Positions 12,339-25,662 of a stretch of DNA of 64,000 bases are shown one piece after another; the first letter of the stretch is position 1; each line of letters opens with the position of its first letter. The DNA lies in NCBI GenBank assembly GCA_010356995.1, contig ML996713.1, positions 1 through 64,000 on the forward strand, read 5' to 3'. Origin of the DNA: Trichodelitschia bisporula. Taxonomy: Eukaryota. Under the pieces are notes generated by a model. The model saw only the letters and a program-made list of their open reading frames with translations. It was not told where the DNA came from and ran no database searches. Both the position numbers and the translations under genes were made by a program.

Positions 12339-13725
12339 CTAAAAGTCCTTGAACGCCTCATCGTACAGCCGCGCCTTCTCATCCGTGTACGGCTCGCGCC
12401 CCTCCGCCTCGGGCTCGTACTCATCAAAGTTGCGCGTGTCGGCGGGTCCGCGCAGGTGTGGCACAATGGGGCCCGGCATGCGGCGGTGATACAAATCGTC
12501 CCAATTGATGTCGCGGAACCACGGGTGCGCCTTGACTGCCGCCGCGCCGCCCTGGATGTTGCCGAGGCGTTTGGAAGTGTCGACGGTGCAGAGGCCGCCG
12601 ATGATGCTGCGCGCGTCGGCCGACATGGCCGCGGGGTAGCGGACACGACCCTCGACGATTCTGACAATTAGAGGAAGAACAGAAAGGAGGAGGGAGACGT
12701 ACTGCTCGTAGATCTTGAGTGGGTTCTGGTCCCAAAATGGCGGCTGGCCAACGAGGAACTCGTAGATGAGAATGCCAAACGCCCACCAGTCAACCGCCCG
12801 GCCATGCCCTGTGTTCTTGATGACTTCCGGTGCCAGGTACTCAGGCGTCCCGCAGAGTGTGTACGTTTCACCTGCCATCTGTCAGCCTAGCCCGGTGCCG
12901 AATTTTTTTGCCGGTACCCACGGTTGTCCACCTTCTTTGCGAAGCCAAAGTCCACTAGCTTCAGATGTCCCTCAGCGTCGATCAAGATATTCTCCGGCTT
13001 CAGATCCCGGTATGCCACACCCTGCTTCTCGTGCAGGAACTCGAGGATGAGCACAATCTCGGCCGCATAGAACTGCGATGTGGGCTCGTTAAAGCGTCGC
13101 GCACGGCGCAGATAGCTAAAAACTTCCCCACCAGGGCAGTAGTCGAGCTGTACCGTCAGCGCCCGCACATGCACTAGAACCGCTCAAAACCTACCAGCAT
13201 ATACAGCGACTCGCGGTCCTGGAAGCTCGCTTGAAGTGTCGTGATGAACGGATGTCCTACGACGGCGGCGAGTACATTGCGCTCGTTGCGCACATGCTCC
13301 ACCTGCTTCAGCCGAATCACATCCACCTTGCGCAAGATCTTAAGCGCAAACACCTTGTCCGCATCGGCCTGGTCTGCGGGCTCTGCCAGCTTCACCAACC
13401 AGACGCGCGCAAAGGTGCCAGTCCCAAGTGTCTTGATGAGTTGGAAGTCCTCGCAGCGCAGCGTGCGCCGATTGAGTGTCTCACTATGCGCGTGGTTCTG
13501 TGAAGGTACAGTCTCGTGGTGCTCTCTGTTCCAGTGGTTTGAGTGCCAGTGACTTGCGTGTGCGCGCGAGCTGTCGCCAGCGCCAGCGCCAGTCCCCGCG
13601 CCGCTGTCGTGCTTCTGTTTCGCGCTGGGCTCGTCGCCATGGTTGTCGCCGTGGTTGTCGCTGGACTTATCATCGGAGGAACGCAGTACGTTCGGGAGGA
13701 TATGTGAAATGGCGGCGGCGGCCAT
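12339..13725 (-). CDS. pkaB: cAMP-dependent protein kinase catalytic subunit, secondary (PkaB/PRKX-like) type
   Basis: LGTGTFARV, YRDLKPEN, DFGFAK, TYTLCGTPEYLAPE, AVDWWAFG and an AGC C-terminal tail ending FKDF; three introns. Confidence 0.9.
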
Positions 13726-14445
13726 GATGGAGATGGATGAAGAGTAGATGCAAATTGGCCGTGATGCGCTCTAACACATTGCTTTGCGTGAGCCAAAAAG
13801 AGCAGTCAATTGATGCTAATCTGAAGGTGAGGTGGAATTGCGTTTGGGTATGGTTTCATGCGACGGCAGAATAACGGGCAATAATGAGGGAGCAGCAGCG
13901 ATGACGGGGTAAACAAGGTTTGGGGCGGCACTTGCCCTCGACTCGAACCCGACTCGAGCGTGGGATTTCGGGGGTGACGCCAAAGGCTGACAAGCAGCAC
14001 GACACAAGCGTCAAGATTTCCTGCTTAGGCCAGTTTGGCCCGCATCCGGGGCGGGGGTGCGTCGGAGCCGGGCGAGCCCTGTCGATTTGCTGTAGATAGG
14101 CCGAGCGAACCAACTTGGATGTAAGAATGCAGTAAATGAAAGAATAGCCGCGGGATGCTCAACATGTGGGGGTCACGGTCGTGAGAGATGGTGCGTGTTG
14201 TAAATATTGATGAAGATGTGAACGGCAGGGCAAATCAAGGGTTGATTGCCGTGCGCGGCTTTCACTGTCACTGCTTTGGTGAACGCAGCTTTGCTTGCTT
14301 CACTCTCTTCAAGCACCCAACAGCAGCTCGACTGTCATTATGCCTGAACACTCAAACCACAGTTCAAACGCTCCTGTCTTGTCCCAAACAGAAAGACAGA
14401 GCCCGTAGGCCCAGGAACCCAAACGCCAACCTTATCGTACACCGG

Positions 14446-15206
14446 TTATGCTTGTGCGCGCGTGTTAAGGATGAGGCCAACGATCAACCTATTTCCATTA
14501 GCTCGTCTTCACCATCATCTCTCTAGCAACACTGACCCGTAGAGCCCCAGGACTTCGGCAAAAATCAGAATTAGCACCATGCCCACAAAGATGCGTGACT
14601 GTTGCATGTAGGACCGCACTCCCTGCGCGTGTGAGCATTGTCCTCACTGCTAACCGGTCCGACTCACCACATCACCCACGATGCCGATCGCATAGCCCGC
14701 CGCCAGACCTGCGCCTCCAACCGAGAGCCCGCAGCCGAGATGCATGAAGCCGTCAAACAAGCTGTAGTTGTCGGGGCCCAGGTTGCCGGCAATGAGCACG
14801 GCAATGACGAGCGCATAGACGGCGAGGATACCGGACATGACGACGGGGATAAGGGACTGCATTGCCAGCTGTTAGCGTGCTGCGAAGAGCGTCCGTAGTG
14901 CTATGCGCACCTTCATAATCAGGTCTGGCCGGTAGGTGCCGATACCTGCGATACCGATGCCCGACTTCGCTGTGCCATAGGCAGCTCCCGCACCTGTTGT
15001 CTTTAGCCCCGTCCATCGGCAACAGTCGCAGCCATACATCCGAGAATCATCTGGCGGGTCAGCTCGGTCAGCTAGGCAAAGGTAAAGGGAACTCACTGCA
15101 GAAGCAATGCCAGCCTGCGTCTTGATTAGCCTTGCCTGACGGTTTTTGATGCGCGACTCACCATGCTGAAGAAGGGTGCAAACTTGGGCGTCAGCTCCGA
15201 CTCCAT
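14446..15206 (-). CDS. VMA11: V-ATPase V0 proteolipid subunit c'
   Basis: [15 protein letters not shown] / [13 protein letters not shown] / [14 protein letters not shown] / [11 protein letters not shown] / [14 protein letters not shown]. Multi-exon gene with 18-nt and 13-nt microexons. Confidence 0.9.
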
Positions 15207-15878
15207 GGCAGCGGATGCGGCGGTATTCTAGAGTGATATGCTGTGGAAAGCGAGTTACTATCAGGTATCGTCAATTATGGTCAGTTGCTACAAGCTTTGC
15301 AATGTGACAAGAGCCGTGAGGTGGTTCAGTTGATTGAAGAGACAATGAATAATCCCTAAAGCTGCAAGACACAGCTTGGAGAGTGCACAGGATTGCCAAG
15401 GCGGACCGCCACTCGCTCGTCCAATTGCTGACAGGGCAAAACACCAGCCAACGGAGCGCCCGTGATCCGCGATCCGCCCTCCAAGATCAACACCAACGAC
15501 CGAACAACCTCCCCGAAAAGGACCACCCGAGTCCCACTGCACCACTCCAAACCCCCCCTTTCCTCTCCGCGTTCTCTCTCAGCGTTCTGCGAAATCTTCA
15601 CAGGGCGCATAGATTGCTGCCCGCGTCGCCTGCACTGCGCTGTGCAATCCCGGTAGAAACCAATTCCCCGCCCATCCGGCCTGAGTCCCGCACTTCTCGT
15701 CCTCTGTACTCTTCATCACCGCCTGCAATCGCCATATCTGCACGATCTCTACAACCAGTACATAGTTCGCAATTCATAGCGCGCCTTCTGACTGCTTTTA
15801 ACCCCGAGCCCGCTGCGAGCGGCTTGAGAACCGTCTCCTCACCACCCCTCCCCCCCAAAAAATCTATCGTCACTCACT

Positions 15879-18800
15879 ATGGCCGACTACGGTTCGCAGC
15901 AGGGTCGCGACTACGGCCGCCACAATCCTAACACTCAGCGGGACGCCGCCTTTTCACACATCTTTGGCGCTGCACCTCCGCCCGGTCGCTCGCAGACAAT
16001 GACCTCGCAGTCATACCAACCTCCTCATCCTGATCGTGCCCAGACGATGGCAACACAATCACCGCAGCGCCCGCCCCCTCGACAATATCCCGGACAGCCT
16101 CAGCAAGTCGATGCATACCAGAATCCATACCCCCAAAATCCACGACCTCAGAATCCATACCCGCAACAGCGCGTTCCGTCGGGTCCGCCGCCACCGCGTC
16201 CGTCCGCCGCCCAGCGGATGCCACCCCCTCAGAGCCCGGCGTACCCGGGCCAGCGTCGTCCCTACGGATACCCTCAGCGTCTCGATACCGGACAGCCGAT
16301 TCAGCAGGGGCCGATGAGCAGCGGTCCTGTGCCAAATCGTTACCCCGGACCTCCCGGCCCAGCGTTGGCTTCCGACCCGTTTCGCTCTCAGTCCATGGCG
16401 ACACAACCGCGCCCGCAGTTCTCCCCCAATCCAGGGCCGGCTCCATACAACATGTCCCCCGCGCATGCTTTCCGCCAGCAGCCCTATGCCAATGCCGGAC
16501 ACCGCACAACCGCACAGGGTCGCATTGTCCCAGAACGACCGGATGAGCGCACAATGTCCATGACCTCCTATGCGCGCGACCACGAGCACACGCAAACAAT
16601 GAGTGGGCGCATCATTCCGACGCGCCAGCGCCTGTCCAATGAAGCTCCGACAGACCGCAGCTCGCAAGGCTCCTTCGCTGCGCCTTCGAGTCCCGTCTCC
16701 ACCAAGCAGCGCACGGCGAGCCAGAGCAGCATGGCGTCGCGCAGCATGTCCATGGCGTCTACCACCATATCCACGGCAACGACCGCTGTCCCTGAGCGCC
16801 CCAGCCCTGAAACCCCCAAATCTAGTAGCCAATCCGGCCAGACGATGACGGTATCGCGGCGCGCGCCGCTGGTGTACCCCGCACTTCTGTCACGCGTGGC
16901 CGAGTGCTTCCAGGAGCGCATCAATCTCTCGGATCTGACCAAGGATGGCCTTGACTACAAGAATGCTTTCACAGGAGAGGACGCTGTGACGTTGATCGCT
17001 TACATCATCAAGACGACAGATCGTAACCTTGCGCTGCTGCTCGGGCGGTCGCTTGACGCGCAAAAGTTCTTCCACGATGTGACCTACGCCCACCGCCTGC
17101 GTGACATGAGGCATGAGATCTACCAGTTCCGTGAGACGCTGCAGGAGGAACAACCTGAAGTCAACGGGGTCTTTACGCTGCTGACGGAGTGCTACTCGCC
17201 AACATGCACGCGCGACCGCCTGTGCTACTCGATCGCGTGCCCGCGCCGCCTCGAGCAGCAGGCGCGGCTGAACATGCGTGTCAAGCCGGTGCTCAAGGCC
17301 GACGACTCGGGCGCGAATCTGCACGATGACCAGCTGGATGACCAGAACCGCAAGCTGTGGATCAACACCGTCAGCAAGGAAATTGCCGACAGCCTTACGG
17401 ACCGCGAGAAGAAGCGCCAGGAAATTATTTCGGAGCTCATGTACACAGAGCGCGACTTCGTTAAGGACCTCGAGTACATGCGTGACTTTTGGATGAAGCC
17501 ACTGCGCAACCCGATGGTCTCGCCCATCCCCGAGGTCCGCCGTGATCGCTTCGTGCGCACCGTCTTCTCAAACGCGCTCGAGGTGTACGCAGTCAACTCG
17601 CGCCTCGCCGAGGCTCTTACGCGCCGCCAGCAGGAGCGCCCCGTCGTGCAGAACGTCGGTGATATCTTCCTGGAGATTGTGCCGCGCTTCTCGCCCTTCA
17701 TCACGTACGGTGCGTCGCAGCTGTACGGCAAGTATGAATTCGAGAACGAGAAGCGCAGCAACCCGGCTTTCGCGCGCTTCGTTGACGAGACGGAGCGCCT
17801 CAAGGAGTCCCGCAAGCTGGAGCTCAACGGGTATCTGACCAAGCCGACGACGCGTCTAGCGCGTTATCCACTACTTCTCGAGGGCATTCTCAAGTACACG
17901 GCTGATGACAGCTCTGACAAGGAGGACATCCCTAAGACGATCGCTATTATCAAGGACTTCCTGGGCAAGGTCAATGAGGAGTCGGGGAAGGCGGAGAACC
18001 GTTTCAATCTGATGCAGCTCGACAAGGACCTCAAGTTCCGGCCGGGCGAGTTCGTCGACCTCAAGTTGACGGACGAGCATCGTCAGCTCATTTTCAAGGG
18101 CATGCTCAAGAAGACACCGCAAGAGTCGACGGGCGACATCCAGGCCTTCCTCTTCGACCATGCCGTGCTGCTCGTCCGCATCAAAACAGTCAACAAGCGC
18201 GAGGAGCTGCGTGTCTACCGGAAGCCGATCCCACTGGAGCTGCTGACCATCGCAGAGATGACCATGCTAATGCCCAAGATGGGCATCACCAAGCGCCCGT
18301 CGTCCAGCCTGGCGACGCGCACGCAGACCATGTCTACGCAGAGCAAAGATCCGAAAGCGCAGTACCCGATCACGTTTAAACATCTCGGCAAGGGTGGCTA
18401 CGAGCAGACGCTCTTCTGCTCGACGGCCATCCAGCAGCAAAAGTGGATGGAGCACATCGAGAAGCAGCAGACGGCGCTGCGCCTGCGGAGCAACATCTTC
18501 ACCAAAGAGACGCTCAGCGAAGGCTTCTTCAACGGCACGAACCGCGTCAACTGCTGCGTGCCTATCGGTAAGACTCCCCTTCGCCCGTCTCTCGTTTTTG
18601 GAGCTAACTTGTCAGACGGCGGCCGCAAGCTCGTCATTGGTACCGATTTTGGCGTGTTTCTTGTGGATCGCAAGCCCAAAGATGCGTCATTCAAGCCGAG
18701 TCGTGTGCTCGACATCAAGCAGGTCACACAAATCGACGTGTTGGAGAACTACTCGCTGCTCTTGGTCCTCACCGAAAAGACCCTCTACTCGTACCCACTT

Positions 18801-19689
18801 GAAGCCCTCAGCACCGACCCCAGCCATCAGCCGGGGCTCATCAAGCGGGGCCGCAAGTTCTGCCATGCTAACTTTTTCAAGGCCGGAGTGTGTCAGGGCC
18901 AGCAGCTAGTATGCTGTGTCAAGACGTCGGCGCTTTCGAGTACGATCCGCGTGTACGAGCCGATGGACTCGATGATCAAGAAGTCGAAGAAGTCGGGCTT
19001 CACGAAGCTGCTCGCTGGGAACGACGAAGTGCTGAAGACGTACAAGGTATGTGTCGTCTCTGGTGATGCTCCGCTGACAATTCAGGAATTCTACATCCCG
19101 ACGGAATCGTCGTCCATCCACTTTCTCCGTTCCAAGCTGTGCGTCGGCTGCGCACGCGGGTTCGAGATCGTGTCACTCGAAACCCTTGAGACGCAGGAAC
19201 TGCTCGACCAGGCGGATACGTCGCTCGATTTTGTTGCTCACAAGGAAACGTCCAAGCCCATCTACATCGAGCGCATGGGCACTGAGTTCTTGCTCTGCTA
19301 CTGCGACTACTCCTTTTACGTCAACCGCAATGGCTGGCGCACGCGGCCGGATTGGATGATTCAGTGGGAGGGCACTCCGCAGTCATTCGCCATCTTCAAC
19401 CCGTACATTTTGGCTTTTGAGCCGAACTTCGTGGAGATCCGCAACCTCGAAACGTCGGCGCTGATGAACATTATCACGGCCAAGAATATCCGCATGCTCC
19501 ATTCGAGCTCGCGCGAGGTATGTCGACTTCCACCCCCGCTGAAACTTTCTGACCATCCAGATTCTGTACGCGTACGAAGATGAGCTGGGCGAAGATGTCA
19601 TTGCATCAATCGACTTTTGGCCCAACCAGGACGGCAAGGGGCCGGCCAACGGCGCCGGGGGTGCCATGATGGAGAAGAATGAGTTTTAG
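15879..19689 (+). CDS. ROM2: Rho1 guanine nucleotide exchange factor (DEP, DH/RhoGEF, PH, CNH)
   Basis: APLVYPALLS (DEP), KRQEIISELMYTERDFVKDL and KPTTRLARYPLLL (DH), FLFDHAVLL (PH) and a CNH region. Introns at 18568-18615, 19047-19085 and 19518-19560; stop at 19687-19689. Confidence 0.95.
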
Positions 19690-20769
19690 ATGGGGTACGT
19701 CCGTGTGCTGGAACACGCGGTTGCATTACAAATTTCGTGTTGTCGGCAACGTTCAGCCGGTCGGCTGCGAAAGAGCGAGCGATATCCAATGTGGGAAAGG
19801 GAAACGATGGTTGGTTTGGGGGGGGAGGCGGGGCGCCGGTGATTTTCGTTCCGATTTGACCGCTGGATCACATAGCTGGTTTTGCTGCCGTTTTCTCTCA
19901 GCCCTTTTCGCTTGAAGTTTCTACGCTTTTCTGCTTCTCCCGCGTCAACAAGCGGCTATATTCCCAGGGCATCTGAGGCGTTTCTTCTGCTTTTGCCGCT
20001 ATCTTGCATGCTGTGGTTGTCGGCTGCCCCCCCGTCCCTTGTTTCCGTCCCCTTTTCATGTGGTGGGCCTTGCATGTATACATCCTCCACGTTGCTTTGG
20101 GTAGAGCAGCGTTTGGGCGATAGGGTTGAACTGGTCGTCTCCCAACCGTGGCTTTTGTCCGCTCGTATCAGTACGATCGCTGCTGCTTGGCCATGACTCT
20201 CATGGGTGTCGACTGAGCTTTGCTAACGGTCGATATCGGTCTGATATAGGCGCGGATGCCACTCGTGTTGATGCAAGTCCATGGCCAGCGCTCCGACTCG
20301 TAGCTCTGTCCAGCAATATTCGCTAGCTCCTTGCTTCGACGCATCATGTGGGCAATGCACATACTTCCCATTGCGGAGCACACTGTGCGCCTTGCGCCCT
20401 GAACTCCTCGGATCGACTGGTCCCCGGCTCCCTCCACGATTTCCATCCGTTTCCGACTAGGCCAGTCACAGCATGACCCGGTTTCAGGCCCAATGCGCCA
20501 TATGGGCCAGTACATTGGAGAGTGTAGCTGTCACCTAATCAATGGTCGACAGCTTCCCTCTGAAGAGAATTCAGCATCGAAAAAGATGCGGATATCTCAC
20601 GATTTCTTGTCTAAGTTTTCCTAGCGCTTCTAAATACTCATCCTCCATAAACCCCTCCAATCAGCGTGCAAATGAAATTGTATTACGATCCAGGCCCATC
20701 CACCCATCGTTACGTGCCGTAAACTACAACTATACTCCAAAAATCCCTCCATCCCTTCAGACCAGAAAC

Positions 20770-22194
20770 TTAAGTGGAAGCATACGCCATCAGAGCCGGC
20801 TCGGCAATCACCTTGTTGGGGTACAGCATGATTGCAATCGTGGCAATGGGAATAGTGTCTGCGTCATTAGTCCGGGATCAATGGCACATTGCAGGAACAC
20901 TCACTCTCGGTGGAAACAATGTCCGCCAGCGTCAGCCCAGGCGCGGCGGTCTGGTTGCACACCGTGTTCAGGTTGAGACGGCTCGTCTGGCCCGGCCCGG
21001 CATTCTGCAACGCATCAAGCGCCAAGGCAACTGCGAGCCCGTTGTACAGCACGCCCTCGTGCGTGACATTGCCCACGTTCGGGCAAATGACTTGCAGCTC
21101 ATTGTTCGTGACGCCGACGTTGCGAGCATCCTTCAGGTAGGCGGAGGCGCCGGTGCCTGACTGCGGCTGCACGACCTGGTCGGCAGCGCTGTAGATGCTG
21201 GTCGTGGGCACGTAGCCAGAGTCACCGCCATTGGAGCGCAGGGCGGCAATCAACTGGCTGTTATAGTCCTGCTGGATGATGGCGGGCGCGCAGCCGTCGA
21301 CGCAAAGGAGGGTGCTGCCGGCGCTGCCATGGAAGTCAGGGGACATGCTGATGAGGTCGGAGACGACGGAGCGGGTCGAGGGCCAGTACTTGAGGGCCCA
21401 CTGGGAGAGGATGTTGCCCTGGGACCAGCCGATCACGGCCACGTTCTTCTTGCCCGAGATGGCACTGATGTAGTTGATGGCGTAGGCGACGTACTCGGCG
21501 TTGGTCTGGACGTCGTCGAGCAGGAAGTGTGGGATGTTCAGCCACACGGGGTCGGCGTAGGACGTGCCGGACAGGAGCTTGATGAAGTTGCCGGTGAAGG
21601 TGAGGCAGCCCTTGGTGCCCGTGCCGGGGACAAGGATGACGGGCTGCTTCCTGCCGTAGGTGAAGCCCGCCGGGATCTGGATGGCGCGGCGCAGCGTGCC
21701 CTCAGGCGTGCTGTACGGCGCATCACCGGAGGCCTTCTTGGGGTACACGGACACCGAGGGCGGCAGCAGGTTGATGTTATATTCGGAGTTGCAGCCAAGG
21801 GAGAATGTCATCAACAGCGTCATGACGTCGGACGGGCCGAGTCCGTTGGCGAACAGCTGGGCAGTGGCATCGACTAGCGTAGGGTTGGAGGCCCAGATGG
21901 CCTGGACCAAGGCGACGACCTCTGCTAGGGTTAGGGCTGCAAAGGGGGCCGGCCGCATCACTCACGTGCAATCGAGGTCGGTGTCGTCGCGGGGAGGCTG
22001 ATCAAGGAGTTGACAGCCGTCGAGATATCCGCCACGGCACCCGAGAGGGCCCTGTGGATGGTGTTGAGGGCATCCTGGAGCGCACCGCGCTTGGTCAGCG
22101 CGACCGCGGGCGCGGGAGCAGGCTGAGCATGAGGGGCGGCAGCGGCCCCGAGCATCAGCGGCGCAAAGGCCATCAAGAGAGTGGACGCACGCAT
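20770..22194 (-). CDS. Secreted lipase B-like (CalB family) alpha/beta hydrolase
   Basis: Signal peptide MRASTLLMAFAPLMLGAAAAP and a KR site. PVILVPGTG, nucleophile GWSQG, SAADQVVQPQ (Asp) and VTHEGVL (His). Last exon ends EPALMAYAST*. Confidence 0.9.
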
Positions 22195-23890
22195 GGTGCT
22201 TTTAAGGAATGACTGGCAAAGAGCGACTGGAAGGTAAGACAAGAGAAGGACTGGAAAGAAAGACAAATGAACAGAGGATAATTCTTGTGGGAGCGTCGAT
22301 CTTCTTCACTTGCGGCTATTCAGCCTGGCCTATTTAACTAACCGCCTTCACGTCCCCGGCTCCTCATGCGGGGCCTTGGGCCTAAGCGAAGCCGCGACCC
22401 CCTTCCATCACCTCGGACTGACTCGGAAGCTTCAGGTGCGGGGACGGGGGGCTCTGCCGCGCGGCTGAATATAAATGCCGACGACTGACTGGCTGACGAG
22501 TCCACATTATTGGTGGCGCGTCCCGTGGGGTTGGTAAGGCTGGAGTGCGGCGTTAACGGCTCGCACGCGAGGGGCACGACAAAGGAGCCGGGCCGCCTTC
22601 TAGAAGACGACCCGTCTTTCCTTCGTGTCGAGTCAGGCTGTGGCTGCGCGATATGCGGGGATCATCGATGGACCTTGGATTTGAAAAACTAGGCCCACGG
22701 GAAACCGCGCGACTTTGGGGAGTTGCTCCGGTCATGCAGAAACCAAGTGGGCGGCAGTCAGGACACCATGGGGAGTCAGCAAGCGCCGTGAGAAGCAATG
22801 TTCGCCTACAATGGGGCTTGATTTAGATACATATTGACATTCAAGCAGATCGGGGAAGGATGCTCATCTCGGTTAGGGATCGGATCAACACCACGATACA
22901 AAGATGTCGGTAACCAAACAGAGGTAAGCTGACGGGGTATCATTCCCAACCGAACCTTATCTGCAACAAATGGATCTGCAAGAGGCCGAGGATAGCAATG
23001 GGCAATTGGCAATTGCCTATGTGGAGCCGTCGCTCGAACTATCGAAGATGGGATGAATAGCGTCTTTGAGATGTGCGTGATGTGTTACGCTAAGACGAGA
23101 CTTGGTGAACTGTCGTTCATCCTTTCCCCTGAGACACGGAACGGAAGGGGTTGATCCGACGCCGGCTCAAGCCACCAGCGTCCCAGCGCTAGCATCTTTC
23201 CATCCATCATCTCCGGAGTATCCTCTATTATTCAGACCATCGCTCCACTACGAGCCGAGACTCCTTCTTCATTGCCGTCGTAGCCGCCTCGTTCCATCGT
23301 CACTCTACGAGGACGACATCTCGCAAGCGCCCTATTGCTTCTCCAACCGACTGGAACTCCATTGTCGCCATGGTCGTGTCAGTAATGGTCGTCTGCGCGT
23401 TAAGGTTCCCCAAACGTGCTTGAAACGCTAGCGTGTTCCTTACCGTCTTCCGTTATTCCATGCAGCTGTCAGGGCGATCTCAACTGCGTCATTTCTAGCC
23501 GCAGCTCGCAAACACCTCATGCCTATATTGAGGCGACTATCCGCCTTCTCAAACCATGGATCGCAGTCCGCTCCTTCGAGACCGAAACGTTGCTTGATTC
23601 ACTTCCGCTTCAACGACCGCCGTCTGGTAAGCAGCCACACCATGGTGGCCATCGCTGAGCGCCTACGGCAGTGGCTGCAGAGTGCGGTCTGGCGGCCACC
23701 GTCATGTCCCGACCGCTAGTCATTGCCCGTTTCCCTACGGATGTACGGAATAGTTAGCCGCCATTCACAACATGGGGCTCACCCGTTCGTGCACCTTCGG
23801 CTTATTTCTTTCATGCAGGACACTGGCATACATTCCATCGGTAGCAAATGTGACTTGAGTCCTGATCGCTGACAACTACTCGACTACAGT

Positions 23891-25100
23891 CTACCCCACA
23901 AACCTCCGCTGAATCTTTCCTGGCGCCGCCTTTGGCAGCGGATACGACAGCCCGGGAACTTCACTTCCCGGCCCACGCCCCTGCGGACTGTTGGGATCAT
24001 ACATCGGGCTCCCCTTCGGCTGCGCAAAGCCCACGTACGCCGGATTGCCCGGGTTTGTAGCGACACACTTGGCCGTGCTGGGATCCGCTCCAGGCTCCCA
24101 GTGGCAGCCTCCACCGCCGGGCTTCTTCGCCGAGTCGGCGTGCACGATGGCCTCAAAAGAGCTGTCCAGCGCCAGCTTGGCCTTTGCATATGCCTCGCCG
24201 CGTTCGCCCGTCAGAGCGCCAGTTTCGGTGACGGTGGGCGGTGGGCCGACGGGGGGCTTGGCCGGAGCCTGGTATACAGCAGGACCAGGCGAGGGATACC
24301 GGTTGACGCCGTAGTAGATGTTGTCAAGGATACCCGGGTGATCCCACTGGTAGCCGCCCGGGAACCGCACACCCGGCGGCGTTGCAGTCCCTTCGCCGAG
24401 TACCTGGACCTTGACACACTGCGGGAAGAACTGCGCGCCGGACACCTTGGTGGTTGTGTTGGCACGGAAGGAGAAATGCAGCGAGATCAGCTCATGGCGC
24501 ACGACGTAAAAGCCCGGCTTGATGTCGCTGGGGATGGTTGCGGTCATGACGTTGTTGTTTTTGATCAGCACATCGCTTCCCCACTCCTCGGTCTTCGAAT
24601 CGTATGTGCTCTCGTGGATCTTGAAGTACGACACGTCGTTGGGTGAGCTGTTCTCCGTCGGCATCAGACCCATGTACTACCACAGTCAGCGTTTGTTCAG
24701 CATCAAATGGCGATCACGTACCGTCAGCAACGGTCCCTTGTGGTTCGCGAACCAGTCCGTCCACTTGAAGCTAATGGTGCTCCCAGCCCGGGCAACGGCA
24801 TGGATCTGAGGCGCCTGCAGCGGCGAGAAGCGGCACGCAATGTCCGGCGAGCTGACGTCCATGACGGGCCCCAGGCCACGCGAACTCCCAGTCGTGTTCG
24901 AGTACTCCCACATCACGCGCTTGACACCCCACTCGGTGTCGAGCCGTGGGTCGTAGGCAGGATACCTGGCACTGTCAGCTGGACCGAGGTGGGCTGCCCC
25001 GACGGGATACATACGTGATGCCATCGATGACAAGGCTCTTCACGATACCGTGGGCGGCAGCCAGGCTCGCGGAGCCCAGGATGGCAGCGGCGTAACGCAT
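23891..25100 (-). CDS. AA9 lytic polysaccharide monooxygenase with C-terminal extension
   Basis: Signal peptide followed by mature N-terminal His (HGIV). Motifs SPDIAC, NHKGP, YFKI, IPSDIKPGFYVVRHELISLH, GAQFFPQC, FPGGY and YPSPGP; two introns. Confidence 0.92.
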
Positions 25101-25662
25101 TCTGGCGGAAAAGGAATGAGGGACGCGCAAGAGCGATGCTAATCTTCAGGTGCCCTCTCCCGATCCTAAATACTTGGTGTCGGCGGTTCCATCCTCCGAG
25201 CGGTTGCGGGGAAGCTGTCAAGCTATCGGCGCCGTCGTCATCCCCCCTGGTGTGAAACACGATCTCCCGTTCCCGAAGGGGACATGACCCGCATGGCCCA
25301 CGATGTGATTTGCTCGCGCCCGGAGACGATGCGAGAACGATGCACACGGGCCGGGATCGCGTTCGGATAGATTGCCGGGAGCTTGTTTAGCGCGCTGGGG
25401 TTGTATGAGGGTCTAAACGTGCAATATAGGATAGGACTCGTTTATGAGTCCGTGGTGAGAGTGGGACGAAGGGTGTGGTACGTTTTCAGGATGTCTATAG
25501 TGGTGTTCCGTTATCTCAATATGCGCAGCCTAGAATGCAGGTTTCCAGATCGGATCGATTAGATGATGACATCTCCATATCCCAGTATTCCCATGTTCAT
25601 TTACTTAGTGCCCAAGCCGTCTCAGCCTGGCTGCTAACCACCACTGCGTCGCCCACCTCCAG

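Noticed and set aside
21919..21936. TAGGGTTAGGG telomere-like motif
   Set aside because: It is the reverse complement of an intron branch-point region (CCCTAACCCTAGCAG) in the lipase gene.
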